From positions 1 through 64,000 of the IMG/VR virus record IMGVR_UViG_3300022391_000001: a stretch of 64,000 nucleotides of DNA, one strand, 5' to 3'. Source of the DNA: a virus. The notes under the pieces were generated by a model. It saw only the letters and a list, made by a program, of their open reading frames with translations, made no database searches and was not told where the DNA came from. Below, in pieces: positions 26,561-35,893 of the stretch. A program made the position numbers and the translations under genes. Position 1 is the stretch's first letter; each line of letters begins with the position of its first letter.

Positions 26561-28045
26561 TCAGAGGACACCCGGTTCACGGCTCCGGCGTCGGCGTCGC
26601 TTCCGCATTCTACCTGCCGTCACCGCCAAATCCAAAGCATCAAAGAAGTCCTTGAAGCGATAGTTGGGGAACAACACCAGCTGTTCAATGGCGTGTTGGG
26701 TGCGGGCGCCCTTCTTGAAGAACATCCGTTTGTCCTCAAAGATGGCGGATAACTTCCACGCCCTCGCAATCTTGTCCTTGTCGGTCTTCACCGGTTTGAG
26801 CCGCAGCTCCTTGTCCTCATCCTTGAGGTTTTGGTATTGGGCGTCCTGATAGGCATTGGTCTCAATGGCGCAGCGTATCGGGTCCCAGATGCGGTAGTAA
26901 TCAATGATCTTCTGCGTCTGCGCGTTGAAGCGGAGCTGCGCCTCATACCAGTCCAGCAGGTAATGATTCTTGTCAGGGTCGATGCCCACAACGGCGATGG
27001 CAAAATGGTCGGCGGCATCATCCTGGCTGATGGCGAGGTCCACGCCCATGAACACTCGGAGGGTTGCTGGGATTTGATCCGGCTCGATGACCTGGCAGTC
27101 ATCGTATTGGAACACCTCGCCCTTCATCGCTTCGGTGTCGCACTGGAACTGAGCGTTGAAGATGATCACTCCCGCCTTGGCCCGCTTCTCTTTGAACCAA
27201 CTGGCTGGGTATTTGCTGGGCCAAGGGCTCCGCTCGTGGTCGTCCAATGCCCGAATGACGTTGTAGTGGCCCCGCAGTTCATTGGCCTGTAGATGACCAT
27301 ACAGGTCATCATAGTGATAGCGCGTCCCGAGCCGATGATGCTCCCCTCGATGCGCCACGGTGGCATCCGGCGGCTCCAACGTAGGGTCCAATGACTGGTA
27401 ATACCAGGTGCGAGTCTTGTCTCGCATGTAGGGTGTACGGCTGTTGTCCTCATCCACGAGGTCATCGCTGATCAGCACGTCATAGTGCTTGCCGACCACC
27501 TGCGCTCCAACACCCAGCGTCGTGATCGAGCCCTCCTTGGCTGTGGAAGTCCGAGGCAACACCTCAATCTCGGAGTTGTCCCACTTGCGCGTCTTGCGCG
27601 CATCGAAGTATGGCCCAAACAACTCCGTGAGCTGGTCATTGGATTCAAAGTGCGCCTTGATCTCCTTCAAGAACGCTTCGGCCTGCGTGGAGGTCTTAGA
27701 CGCGATCAGGATCCGGATGTTGGGGTCTTTCAACAGAAGATGGATGGCCTTGGTGATCGTGCAGACTGTGGACTTGCCCGCCCCTCGGAAGGCAAGTTGA
27801 AGATTGTCCGGATGGATGAACTGGAAGCGCATCATGCCGAGGTGGAATGGTTCCACTTGATAGCCCAGCACATAGGTTGCCAGTATATCCACACGATTGT
27901 TCTTCAGGATCTGACGTCTGATCCATTCGGCGCCCATCTGTTTGTAGTGTTCGTACAACTCCAAGAGCTGAGAACGCTCGGCACGCGCCAGCATCCCCGG
28001 GCTCCCTTTCATCATCGGTATGGCAGCGGAATGTTTGGATGGCAC
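26561..28045 (-). CDS. terL: Terminase large subunit
   Basis: Walker A AFRGAGKST, GKHYDVLISDD, GTRYHYDDLYG, nuclease GVDLA...IETNAYQ...DFFDA. Confidence 0.95.
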   Translation of the reverse strand: MPSKHSAAIPMMKGSPGMLARAERSQLLELYEHYKQMGAEWIRRQILKNNRVDILATYVLGYQVEPFHLGMMRFQFIHPDNLQLAFRGAGKSTVCTITKAIHLLLKDPNIRILIASKTSTQAEAFLKEIKAHFESNDQLTELFGPYFDARKTRKWDNSEIEVLPRTSTAKEGSITTLGVGAQVVGKHYDVLISDDLVDEDNSRTPYMRDKTRTWYYQSLDPTLEPPDATVAHRGEHHRLGTRYHYDDLYGHLQANELRGHYNVIRALDDHERSPWPSKYPASWFKEKRAKAGVIIFNAQFQCDTEAMKGEVFQYDDCQVIEPDQIPATLRVFMGVDLAISQDDAADHFAIAVVGIDPDKNHYLLDWYEAQLRFNAQTQKIIDYYRIWDPIRCAIETNAYQDAQYQNLKDEDKELRLKPVKTDKDKIARAWKLSAIFEDKRMFFKKGARTQHAIEQLVLFPNYRFKDFFDALDLAVTAGRMRKRRRRRSREPGVL

Positions 28046-28309
28046 TCAGATCACCCCGGTCCAATCAATGGACTTCCGGGCGGCAGCCTCCAGCCCTGAC
28101 TTGAACCCGTGATCCTTGAGCCAGGAGCGAGCGCTGGCGACGGTCCACTTGGTTCGATCAAAGCGCAGAGATTGGACGGCTGTTTTGCCGTTGCTCCGGA
28201 TGCCAATGATGGCCGAGATGCCTTTTGGAAATCCCAGCCCCGATCGGCGGAATTCTTTGAATTGGCTCGGTGGCAGTTGACGAGCCGCATGCTCATTCGG
28301 AAATGGCAT
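28046..28309 (-). CDS. Small head-associated protein (PFPNEHAAR; ends DWTGVI)
   Basis: NEHAAR...QSLRFD...WT...A..WLKDH, a pattern seen in phage head modules. Confidence 0.6.
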   Translation of the reverse strand: MPFPNEHAARQLPPSQFKEFRRSGLGFPKGISAIIGIRSNGKTAVQSLRFDRTKWTVASARSWLKDHGFKSGLEAAARKSIDWTGVI

Positions 28310-28311
28310 GA

Positions 28312-28683
28312 TCAAGAAACCTGTTCGTGCTGAAACCCCGCCACGTACACGTCCACCGATCCGGCGGCGAGTGTCGTGAAGACTACAGCAAAGATCCTGC
28401 CCCTCGCGTCGATGCTGAATTCAAACGGCACATTGGCCCCAAGTCCTGCTTTGGCCAACACCGCTTGGTCCTTGATGAACTTCCCCGCTGCCTCGCTCCA
28501 CCAATAGATCTCAACGGCCGGAGCAGCTCCGCCGCTCGGGATGACCTGGACGTGGGCGAAGCGATACATGCCCGCGTTGACGCCGTGTGCTCTGGTGAGA
28601 TTGGCGACAACATCGACGGCGGTGGCCGTGCGATGGTACATGTATTTGGGGGCCAACTCGGGCGATGATTGAGGGTCTGGCAT
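28312..28683 (-). CDS. Hypothetical beta-sandwich protein
   Basis: 123 aa ORF. Confidence 0.55.
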   Translation of the reverse strand: MPDPQSSPELAPKYMYHRTATAVDVVANLTRAHGVNAGMYRFAHVQVIPSGGAAPAVEIYWWSEAAGKFIKDQAVLAKAGLGANVPFEFSIDARGRIFAVVFTTLAAGSVDVYVAGFQHEQVS

Positions 28684-28763
28684 GTCCGTGCCCCTTCAAC
28701 GGTGAAGAGGCAGCCCCGGAGCTTCCAGGGCCACCTCTGTGCTCCGATTGGAATGCGCCTGTG

Positions 28764-29063
28764 TTACTCGGACGCCACCCAGTGTACTGCCTCGCCCGAC
28801 ACGTTGAGGTCCGTGTCGGCGCCCAACGCGAAGCCATCCGACAGCGGGGTGATCCCGTTGCTCGTCACCACAGAGACCGTCCCGGCGGTGACTGTCTTCA
28901 TCATCGCATCATCCGCCATTGTCTTGGTCCAGACTGCGTGACAGACGCCATCCTCATTGTACAGCTCCACCTTGGCCGGTCGGAAAGTGACCGTGCGCAC
29001 TTCCAAATCTGCGCCCGTCCCGATGAGCTTGCCCGTCACTTGCCGTTGTACACCAGAACCCAT
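28764..29063 (-). CDS. Hypothetical virion protein, first gene of the late operon
   Basis: GGAGG RBS; GTGA...FRPAKV...HWVA. Confidence 0.6.
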   Translation of the reverse strand: MGSGVQRQVTGKLIGTGADLEVRTVTFRPAKVELYNEDGVCHAVWTKTMADDAMMKTVTAGTVSVVTSNGITPLSDGFALGADTDLNVSGEAVHWVASE

Positions 29064-29287
29064 GACTCACCTCCGTGATGAATGTGATTGGCCTCTTGAC
29101 AGCGTTGCGTCCTGGGCAGCCGCACGCCTGCTCGCCGACCTCACTGTCGACGCGCTGGAGACTCGTTCAGCGGCAAGGATACCCTGGCTGTATGATTCCC
29201 GCAAGCGCCAGAATCACAATGAAATCCAATGTTTGAAAATGAAGCCAAAAAAGTTGCCTCCTTGGGTCGATTTTGAGTCGTTTCCAC

Positions 29288-29316
29288 TCGACTTTTAGGG
29301 TGGATGGACTTATGAT
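29288..29316 (+). promoter_or_regulatory. Conserved phage promoter, copy 1 (TCGACT-N17-TATGAT)
   Basis: -35 at 29288-29293, -10 at 29311-29316; one of five copies. Confidence 0.85.
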
Positions 29317-29350
29317 AGATAGACGGACAAGGGAAACAACGGAGACAGCC

Positions 29351-30208
29351 ATGTCAGCAAAGATCACCGACCACGAGACCATCCGCAACTTCCTTTTCGC
29401 GGGCAACGCGACTTTCACCCTCGTCAGCGTCAAGACCGGCACCCGCTTCACCTATAAAGTCAAACGCGCCGACGGCGATGAAGAGGATCGCCCTTATTTC
29501 ATCGGGCTCCTCAGCGGCACGGACAACGAGTCATCCTACAGCTACATGGGCGTGATCTTCCCGAACAACGCGCGCACCGTCCGCTTCACAGCCAAAAGCC
29601 GCGTCCGCTCCGACGCTCCGAGTGCCAAGGGCTTCTGCTGGTTCCTAGCCCGTCTGCTCGACAACGCCGACATCAGCGGCATCGAGTTTTGGCACGCCGG
29701 CAGCTGCGGCGCCTGCGGCCGCAAGCTCACCGTCCCGGAGTCCATCGCCAGCGGTCTGGGCCCCGTCTGCGCCGGCAAGGGCGGTCACAAGACCACGAGC
29801 CGCCCCAGCAGCCACAGCCACGCTTCAGACGCTAAAACGCCCCCTCCGGCAGCGGCGAGCAACCCGCAGGCCAGTACCCAGCCCCAAGCCGCCGCGCACG
29901 CAGAAGCGCCAGCGACGGCACCGAGCGACACAACCTTGCCGAGCATTGAGGAGATCCGGTCCAGGTTCGACAGCCGGCTGAAGGCGCACATGGAATCCTC
30001 CCCTGAAGTTGACGAGCTCACCGGCGCATACATCGTCGCCAACCTGCTCGCAGGTCGCTGCCCCGATGGCTGCTGCGGTCCCGGCGGCGACTCCGAGCCG
30101 ACACCCTACAGCTTGGCCGTTGACAACGCCCTGGAGCTGGTGCTGAAGTCTATCGCGTGCCGCCTGTCAGACGCCGCTGATATCCGCCGCGCCGCTGCCT
30201 CCGAGTAA
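29351..30208 (+). CDS. DUF6011-like zinc-finger protein
   Basis: AGNATFTL.S..TG.RFTYKV N-domain and CGACGRKLTVPESIASGLGPVC. Confidence 0.8.
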   Translation: MSAKITDHETIRNFLFAGNATFTLVSVKTGTRFTYKVKRADGDEEDRPYFIGLLSGTDNESSYSYMGVIFPNNARTVRFTAKSRVRSDAPSAKGFCWFLARLLDNADISGIEFWHAGSCGACGRKLTVPESIASGLGPVCAGKGGHKTTSRPSSHSHASDAKTPPPAAASNPQASTQPQAAAHAEAPATAPSDTTLPSIEEIRSRFDSRLKAHMESSPEVDELTGAYIVANLLAGRCPDGCCGPGGDSEPTPYSLAVDNALELVLKSIACRLSDAADIRRAAASE

Positions 30209-30210
30209 CA

Positions 30211-32022
30211 TCATTCAAACCGATCGATCACCAACACATCGACGCTATCCGATGTCACAAATCCATCATTGTCGGTGATCGTGATTCGGAAGGCATAGCG
30301 CTCATCTGCCTTCACAACGGGGATCAGGATTGTCGCCGCCACCTGGTCGGCATTCTTGATCTCCAACTTCTGAGGGCCATACAATTGGGACCAAGAATAT
30401 TTGACAATTTTGCCGTCGGCATCATAGGAGCCTGTCGCATCGAGCGTCAGCGCGCAATATTCGCCGACCATCATGTCTGCGCCGGCATTGGCCACAGGCC
30501 CAACTCGACATGGCTTCAACGGCTCCGGATCCGGATCGGCATCGGAGTCCCAAAGGGTCCGGACGATGTTGCGGCCGGTCTCAATGTTGACATCCCGAGC
30601 GTCAGCGACTGTCACCTTGTTGTTCACATAGTCCACAATCTCCATTGACAAAATTTTGCCGACGCCGCCGCTGGCCGCGTCCACGACGCTCCCGATGTCC
30701 AGTGTTTGCTTCAGATTCTCATTGCCCAACAGCAGATCGAGGTCCAACCCGAAGGTGACCGCCCCTCCGTCCTTGCCGTTGAGCGGATAGTTGCCGCCGC
30801 TCGCCTGCAAGCCATAGTAGCTGTAGTTGGAGGGCTTCTTGTTGTCCTTGGCCCGCTCATAGGTGCTCATCAGGCGGAGCTTGTTGCGCTTGTCGTGCTG
30901 CATGGCCAGGCGCAACACCAACTGCTTGTCCTTGTCGACCCGAGGAATCACCCCATACACATAGCTCATGTAGATGCCACCCTCTGCGTGACCGACAGCA
31001 CCCAGCCGATATGGGATGTAGATGTATCCGTCGTTGCCCCACCCGACACCCCAAGAGTTGGCCATGATGAAGGCGCCCTTCTCGGCGTCCTTCAGGTCAA
31101 TCTTCTCATCCCCGTTCAAGTCCACATCATCCGTGCAGATGCCATCCCCGTTGAAGTCGTGGCAGATGTCGTCGTCATAGCCCACAATGGTGACCGCGTG
31201 GTTGACTTGGGCTCCGAAGCTCTGAATGAGCTTCTTGCCGGCGCCGTGTTGGCCCTCTGGGATGCGTGCCTCTGTGTAGCCCGTTGACCAGCCGGCGGCG
31301 ATGGACACCACCCCGCCATCTTGGCCATCAGCTCCGTGGTTGTACAGATAGCGCTTGAACTGCTCCAGCGTCGCCTTGGTGTCAATGCGCATGATGAAGT
31401 ATCGGTCCACCCGGTTGTCGATGGCGTCCTCATACACGGCATAGTCAGATGGCCAATATTGCAGATCATAGCCGGTTTCTGTCCCGTATGCCTTGGCACT
31501 CGGGATCCCTAGACTCTTGCCAACTTCCCAGCCCCACATCATCCACGAGCCCCGATCATATCCGGCATTGACAAAGTTGTATGTCCAGTGCGTGGGATAC
31601 TTATTCACAGGGTCGCTGGCGTCCAGGTTCCGGAGCCGATTGACCTCATAGCCATAGACATAGGCGATAGCGCTGGCCTGAGCACAGCTCCCGTGCTTCT
31701 GAGTAAAGATACCTCGCCAATACTTCTTGGCGGAATTGTCCACCATGCGAGGCAACGCGCCCGCGAGCCCGCGCGCCCGCGCGGGAAGCTGTAACACCGG
31801 CACCTGCTCCAGCTCTTGTTTTTCAGGGAGGATCAACCCACCCACCATCCATTCATCCCCGTCCGAGTCCCTGTTCAGGTTCTTGATCGCAGCGCTGCTG
31901 GTCGGCAACTGCGAATAGGCATGCAACAGCACGGGCTCGGGTTTGTGCAGCCGGAATTGGATCACAGAGCAGCCCGCCAACAGGGCTGCCGCGCAGATGG
32001 ATGATAGTAACCTCATGATCAC
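30211..32022 (-). CDS. Papain-like (C1 family) cysteine protease lipoprotein with C-terminal PKD-like domain
   Basis: Lipobox LLAGC; QKHGSC (Gln/Cys), NHAVTIVGYDD (His), MANSWG (Asn); DxNGDG Ca-binding loops; PVANAGAD...LDATGSYDADG...YSWSQ. Confidence 0.9.
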   Translation of the reverse strand: MIMRLLSSICAAALLAGCSVIQFRLHKPEPVLLHAYSQLPTSSAAIKNLNRDSDGDEWMVGGLILPEKQELEQVPVLQLPARARGLAGALPRMVDNSAKKYWRGIFTQKHGSCAQASAIAYVYGYEVNRLRNLDASDPVNKYPTHWTYNFVNAGYDRGSWMMWGWEVGKSLGIPSAKAYGTETGYDLQYWPSDYAVYEDAIDNRVDRYFIMRIDTKATLEQFKRYLYNHGADGQDGGVVSIAAGWSTGYTEARIPEGQHGAGKKLIQSFGAQVNHAVTIVGYDDDICHDFNGDGICTDDVDLNGDEKIDLKDAEKGAFIMANSWGVGWGNDGYIYIPYRLGAVGHAEGGIYMSYVYGVIPRVDKDKQLVLRLAMQHDKRNKLRLMSTYERAKDNKKPSNYSYYGLQASGGNYPLNGKDGGAVTFGLDLDLLLGNENLKQTLDIGSVVDAASGGVGKILSMEIVDYVNNKVTVADARDVNIETGRNIVRTLWDSDADPDPEPLKPCRVGPVANAGADMMVGEYCALTLDATGSYDADGKIVKYSWSQLYGPQKLEIKNADQVAATILIPVVKADERYAFRITITDNDGFVTSDSVDVLVIDRFE

Positions 32023-32119
32023 CTCGCTGAAGTATGTGGTGTAAGTATCTTAGCTGAAACAGCGGCGCGGAGTCCTTCTGTCGGTTACACTTCCAAGAGT
32101 TGCCACAAGGGAGGTGCCC

Positions 32120-32605
32120 ATGAAGTTTGTCATTGCAGCCGTCTGTCTTCTCGCCCTCGTGGGGTGTGGGATGGGCAATCAATCCTACACGATTGATGGG
32201 GTGCCTGTCGTGCTGGAGGATGGGACCGGGGCCAACCCGGTCAAGGAGCATCTCACCCTCGCTGTCCAGCTATTCCGACGCGATGCCCGAGACCATTGGG
32301 AATTGGATGATGCCGATGATGCCTCCATTTGGAGGTCGCTGCGGGAGATCCGCTGGACACAAGAAGCGGTGATCGACGGAGCCCGCTATGATGAATCGCT
32401 CCGCAATGTAGAAGCCAATTGGAAGGGCTGCGCTTTGGAAGTCCCCCTGTATCCCGCTTTGGGTGCGCACTACGTTTGGGAATTGACCAACGCGGCGCCC
32501 TCCGAAGCTGAATTGGATTGGGCTGCTGAAGTGCAATTGGAAGCTGGGCCTGTGGTCTGCACCGGTGACCAAGGTGCATCCTTTTGGGATCAGATTGGGC
32601 TGTAA
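32120..32605 (+). CDS. Putative lipoprotein
   Basis: MKFVIAAVCLLALVGC lipobox; GGAGG RBS. Confidence 0.75.
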   Translation: MKFVIAAVCLLALVGCGMGNQSYTIDGVPVVLEDGTGANPVKEHLTLAVQLFRRDARDHWELDDADDASIWRSLREIRWTQEAVIDGARYDESLRNVEANWKGCALEVPLYPALGAHYVWELTNAAPSEAELDWAAEVQLEAGPVVCTGDQGASFWDQIGL

Positions 32606-32615
32606 CCGGCGGAGC

Positions 32616-32861
32616 CTATGCTGACGGAGATGGCTCTGACGCCCCATCTGGGTGTCGAGCGATGCCGGCGTTGGCCCACATCATCGCTTGCTCCAGATGC
32701 GTGAACGCCAGTGCTTTCTCCCGTCCTGCTGGAACCACCGCTGACAGCAACTTGGCAAACGCCCAAGCCATCCCGCGCACCTTCTCGTATTGGCGCTGCT
32801 GGTTGGCGTTGGGCGGGTGATACACAAAGCGATCTTCCAGGTCTGACATATCCATCACCAT
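32616..32861 (-). CDS. Acb2/Tad1-like helical hairpin protein (putative nucleotide-signal sponge)
   Basis: RFVYHPP...Q..YEKVR...PAGREKALAFTHLEQAMMWANAGIAR. Confidence 0.72.
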   Translation of the reverse strand: MVMDMSDLEDRFVYHPPNANQQRQYEKVRGMAWAFAKLLSAVVPAGREKALAFTHLEQAMMWANAGIARHPDGASEPSPSA

Positions 32862-32872
32862 CGCACCCTCCG

Positions 32873-33097
32873 TCAGCACAGCTCTTCAACACCGTTGGAA
32901 TTCAGGATGTCCCAGAGCTGTTTCCGCGTCGTCTCGTATGCTTCGTGTTGGGCTTCAGTCAACTCTTCATATTTGAGTTTGGAACGCAACCACTGGTCGA
33001 TGTCGAACAGCGCGGAGCGATAGGAGCTGCCCTTGATGGCGTTGTCGAAGTCTTCACGCTCTTCAATGAGGTCAAATTTGAGCAGTGCCTCGGCCAT
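32873..33097 (-). CDS. Hypothetical phage protein
   Basis: LKFDL.EE..DF..AIKG..YRSALFDIDQWLRSKLKY. Confidence 0.6.
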   Translation of the reverse strand: MAEALLKFDLIEEREDFDNAIKGSSYRSALFDIDQWLRSKLKYEELTEAQHEAYETTRKQLWDILNSNGVEELC

Positions 33098-33102
33098 GAC
33101 AA

Positions 33103-33444
33103 CTATCCTCCCTTCAGCTTGTGCATCCAGATCATCGCATCCAAATACACTTCGCTGTTGAAACGACGATAATTGCCTAGATGGCCGATAAGCAAGTGAC
33201 AATTGATCCCATAGCGTCTGTTTTCGCACAAGGTCATCAGGTTGGACGTTGAAAGCTCCATGTCCGGCGCCAGGTGAAACGGGATTTTGTGGTGGACTTC
33301 CAGCCTCTTTGAGCTCCCGCACACCTGGCAAACCGGATGTGTTACTAGATGGGCTGCCCTGATCTTGCTCCAACTGGGACTCCGCTTGGCGCCCTTCGGC
33401 GCTTTGCCCTGAATCCTGTCCTTCAGCTGTTCTATCAGAGTCAT
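33103..33444 (-). CDS. HNH endonuclease
   Basis: W...R..HL..HPVCQVC...VHH...NLMTLC...CH. Confidence 0.88.
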   Translation of the reverse strand: MTLIEQLKDRIQGKAPKGAKRSPSWSKIRAAHLVTHPVCQVCGSSKRLEVHHKIPFHLAPDMELSTSNLMTLCENRRYGINCHLLIGHLGNYRRFNSEVYLDAMIWMHKLKGG

Positions 33445-33459
33445 GGCAGCCCTTCATGG

Positions 33460-33690
33460 TCAATCCTTTGTTGACTCGAACATTTCAGGGATCATCACTT
33501 GATGCTCCAAAAGCGCCTTCACAAACAACCCTTTGACGTGGATGAGCACCTTCAGGCTCTCATCATCGGCATCGTCAATGGCCTCCAATAGCGCTCCCGA
33601 GAATTGATCCAACACATTCCAATAGGACTCGCCATTGATGGCCGACAACGCCTCATCTGCCTCGTTGAACTTCATTGTGTATTCACTCAT
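33460..33690 (-). CDS. Hypothetical protein, distant paralog of 32873-33097
   Basis: MKFNE.DEALSAINGESYWNVLDQF; GGAGG RBS. Confidence 0.5.
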   Translation of the reverse strand: MSEYTMKFNEADEALSAINGESYWNVLDQFSGALLEAIDDADDESLKVLIHVKGLFVKALLEHQVMIPEMFESTKD

Positions 33691-33946
33691 AACATCCTCC
33701 TGTCCGGTCCCTTGACGGACCAATTGAAAGCACAGCTTCCGTCGATCAATCGCAACCCGTTTCAATCACGTTGCGACAATTGAAGCATACCAATCCACCC
33801 TGGTGCGAAGTCAATCCACGACCGCAAACTGGGCAAATGAGCGTCGCCTCAATCGGGATATCACCTCCCTTGAATCGGCGATGGTGCCATGCTGTAACCC
33901 ATTCTGATTGACGGGTGGTCGCCGCGCCTTGCGTTTTGGGATGGGC

Positions 33947-34486
33947 TCATTGGGCACGTGTCCTCCTGAACCCTAGCAGGCGACCCCGTTTGATCGAGCC
34001 CTCGCACCCCGCGATGGGGCAAGGCGACCCCTCCTTGAGCCCCTTGGCCACCTCCAACCCTTCATGATCTGGCCCGTGTTTCTCGCACAACAGATCATAC
34101 ACGGCACCGATGCGTCCATATCCGTCGGCGAAGCGCCCGGCCACCTCGTTGAGCACGATCAACAGGGAGGTTTCGCCATCCTCGCCCTTCACGCGACACT
34201 CAGTCAGCTCTTCAAGAGCCAGTGGCATCTCTGCCCACAAACGCCGGAGGGTGCCGATGATCCGATCTGCCACGATGACGTCCAAGAGCCCGACACACGC
34301 GTCGCACGCTCGCGTTGCGTTCTTAGCCTGTTCTAGCTCGCCCTGGAGCCTAGACACAGACGCTTCCGCTGCGCTGCGCCTAGACACATTCTCGGCCAAT
34401 TCAGCGTCCAGCTCCTGAATCCGTCGGCGCAGATGTGTCACTTCGGTGTCGTCCACGAGCCCTCCCTTGTTATCCACCGGGCTCAT
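33947..34486 (-). CDS. Coiled-coil hypothetical protein
   Basis: 179 aa, coupled to the upstream ORF. Confidence 0.55.
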   Translation of the reverse strand: MSPVDNKGGLVDDTEVTHLRRRIQELDAELAENVSRRSAAEASVSRLQGELEQAKNATRACDACVGLLDVIVADRIIGTLRRLWAEMPLALEELTECRVKGEDGETSLLIVLNEVAGRFADGYGRIGAVYDLLCEKHGPDHEGLEVAKGLKEGSPCPIAGCEGSIKRGRLLGFRRTRAQ

Positions 34487-34704
34487 TCACTCTCTTTGGA
34501 TGACAAGTAGCGTAGCTCATCAGCCAGGGAGCGGAGCTGCCTCGGTGTCAGTTGCAACTCAACCTCGCACTCGTGGTCGGCATCCGATGTCCTGGACAAT
34601 CCCAGATGCACATCCCCGCGCCGATCCACTCGGACCACCACCATGCCCCTGTCGGTCATCAACCGCGTCTCTTCATCCTGTGGCTCTTCATCATCGTCAA
34701 ACAT
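34483..34704 (-). CDS. Hypothetical protein
   Basis: 73 aa coupled ORF. Confidence 0.5.
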   Translation of the reverse strand: MFDDDEEPQDEETRLMTDRGMVVVRVDRRGDVHLGLSRTSDADHECEVELQLTPRQLRSLADELRYLSSKESE

Positions 34705-34712
34705 CGCAAACC

Positions 34713-35069
34713 TCAGTTCAGCCGGGAAATCTCCGCGCTGTCATCGTCCATCTTCACCACCTTGAAGGGCGGCTCCGGAATCAACTTGCTCACCACCTCG
34801 GGTCCGAGATGCTTCACCAACCCACCTATCGTAACATCAAGCGCCTGCGATGCGATGACAAATTGCTCGGCGGCCAATTGAGCTTGAGCCGAAGCGGTCT
34901 TGATTCCGTGAAGCACCGCGACAAACGCTTGCGTCCACCCTTGGATGCCGGCGGCGTCGGCGATGCGACGGAGATCCGCAAAGCGCTTCTCCACCTCCGC
35001 CACCCACGCGCCCATCCCTTGCATCGCTGACAACAGCTCCACCCGCTGCCCCTGGTCTTGTCCGTTCAT
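34713..35069 (-). CDS. Hypothetical helical protein
   Basis: AGGAG RBS before MNGQDQ. Confidence 0.5.
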   Translation of the reverse strand: MNGQDQGQRVELLSAMQGMGAWVAEVEKRFADLRRIADAAGIQGWTQAFVAVLHGIKTASAQAQLAAEQFVIASQALDVTIGGLVKHLGPEVVSKLIPEPPFKVVKMDDDSAEISRLN

Positions 35070-35486
35070 CGCTCCTTGCTTTCTCTGTCGAACTTCTCTT
35101 GGTGCTCTATCATTTTCATCCAGAAGCGCCGTTGCCGCCCTTCTTTCCACCGGCGAAACTCAATCGCCCCCACCACGATTGTCGCCAACACAACTGCCAC
35201 CATGAAGTCTTGATCGCACGCCATCTCCCTCCCCTGGAGCTGGACGTTGATATTCCAACCACGCTTCATATTCGGCGGCGCACACCGGACACATCTCGGC
35301 GCCGTCCATGATCCTCCGACGGTCCACGATGGTTCCGACCCGTATCCAACGGTGTTGGTCGAGTGGTATCAAATTCACGAGCGGCTGGCGACAGAAGGTG
35401 CTCAAGCCGATAACGTGATGGACTTTGATCATTTGGATTGAGCCGCGCAACGGCGACAAAGATGGGCGCGTTTGCTGATTCGCAAT

Positions 35487-35717
35487 TCACCCCTCATCTA
35501 TCCGACACCAATCAATCGCCAGGATGTCGGTCTGCGATGCCAGCCAAGGCACGAGGTCCCCTGTCACCGTGCTCATGTAGATGTATGGTAAAGTCATCTT
35601 TGAGTTCTCATCCGGCTCCTGCAACGCGAGCCACATGCCCTTGCCATTCCATCCTTCGCGGTAGACCTTGCCGCCGATTCTGAGCTGCTCAAGTGCTTCG
35701 CCAAACGTCATCTTCAT
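35487..35717 (-). CDS. DUF2829/Tad2-family protein (putative anti-Thoeris/CBASS sponge)
   Basis: MTFGEALEQL..G.KV.R.GWNGKGMWL...PYIYM......VPWLASQTDILA.DW. Confidence 0.88.
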   Translation of the reverse strand: MKMTFGEALEQLRIGGKVYREGWNGKGMWLALQEPDENSKMTLPYIYMSTVTGDLVPWLASQTDILAIDWCRIDEG

Positions 35718-35893
35718 TCGTCATCATCCTCTTCAATGTCATCGTCGTCAAAGGCGTCGATGGCCGCCGCAACGTCCCAACAATATTGGGCTAGTTCATC
35801 GGAGTCAAAATTCTCAAATGCTTTGGCGGACATCGCCGCCACTGCCAGCTTCACTGTTGTTTCCTTCACCTTCTTGATTTGTTTTTCTGACAT
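35714..35893 (-). CDS. Small cytoplasmic protein, paralog of 36201-36443
   Basis: KKVKE...AF.....ELAQYCWDVAAAI. Confidence 0.6.
   Translation of the reverse strand: MSEKQIKKVKETTVKLAVAAMSAKAFENFDSDELAQYCWDVAAAIDAFDDDDIEEDDDE

Noticed and set aside
127-28100. Many long plus-strand ORFs in the track
   Set aside because: They are antisense shadows of recognisable minus-strand phage genes, as expected in GC-rich DNA.
32120-32605. Zincin metalloprotease call for the plus-strand lipoprotein
   Set aside because: No HExxH motif (LYPALGAHY at the equivalent place), so there is no support for activity.
33784-33814. Sixth copy of the early promoter (TTGACT...GGGTGGATTGG TATGCT, minus strand)
   Set aside because: The spacer is 19 nt and the CCACTCGAC core is absent; possibly a degenerate promoter but not supportable as a copy.
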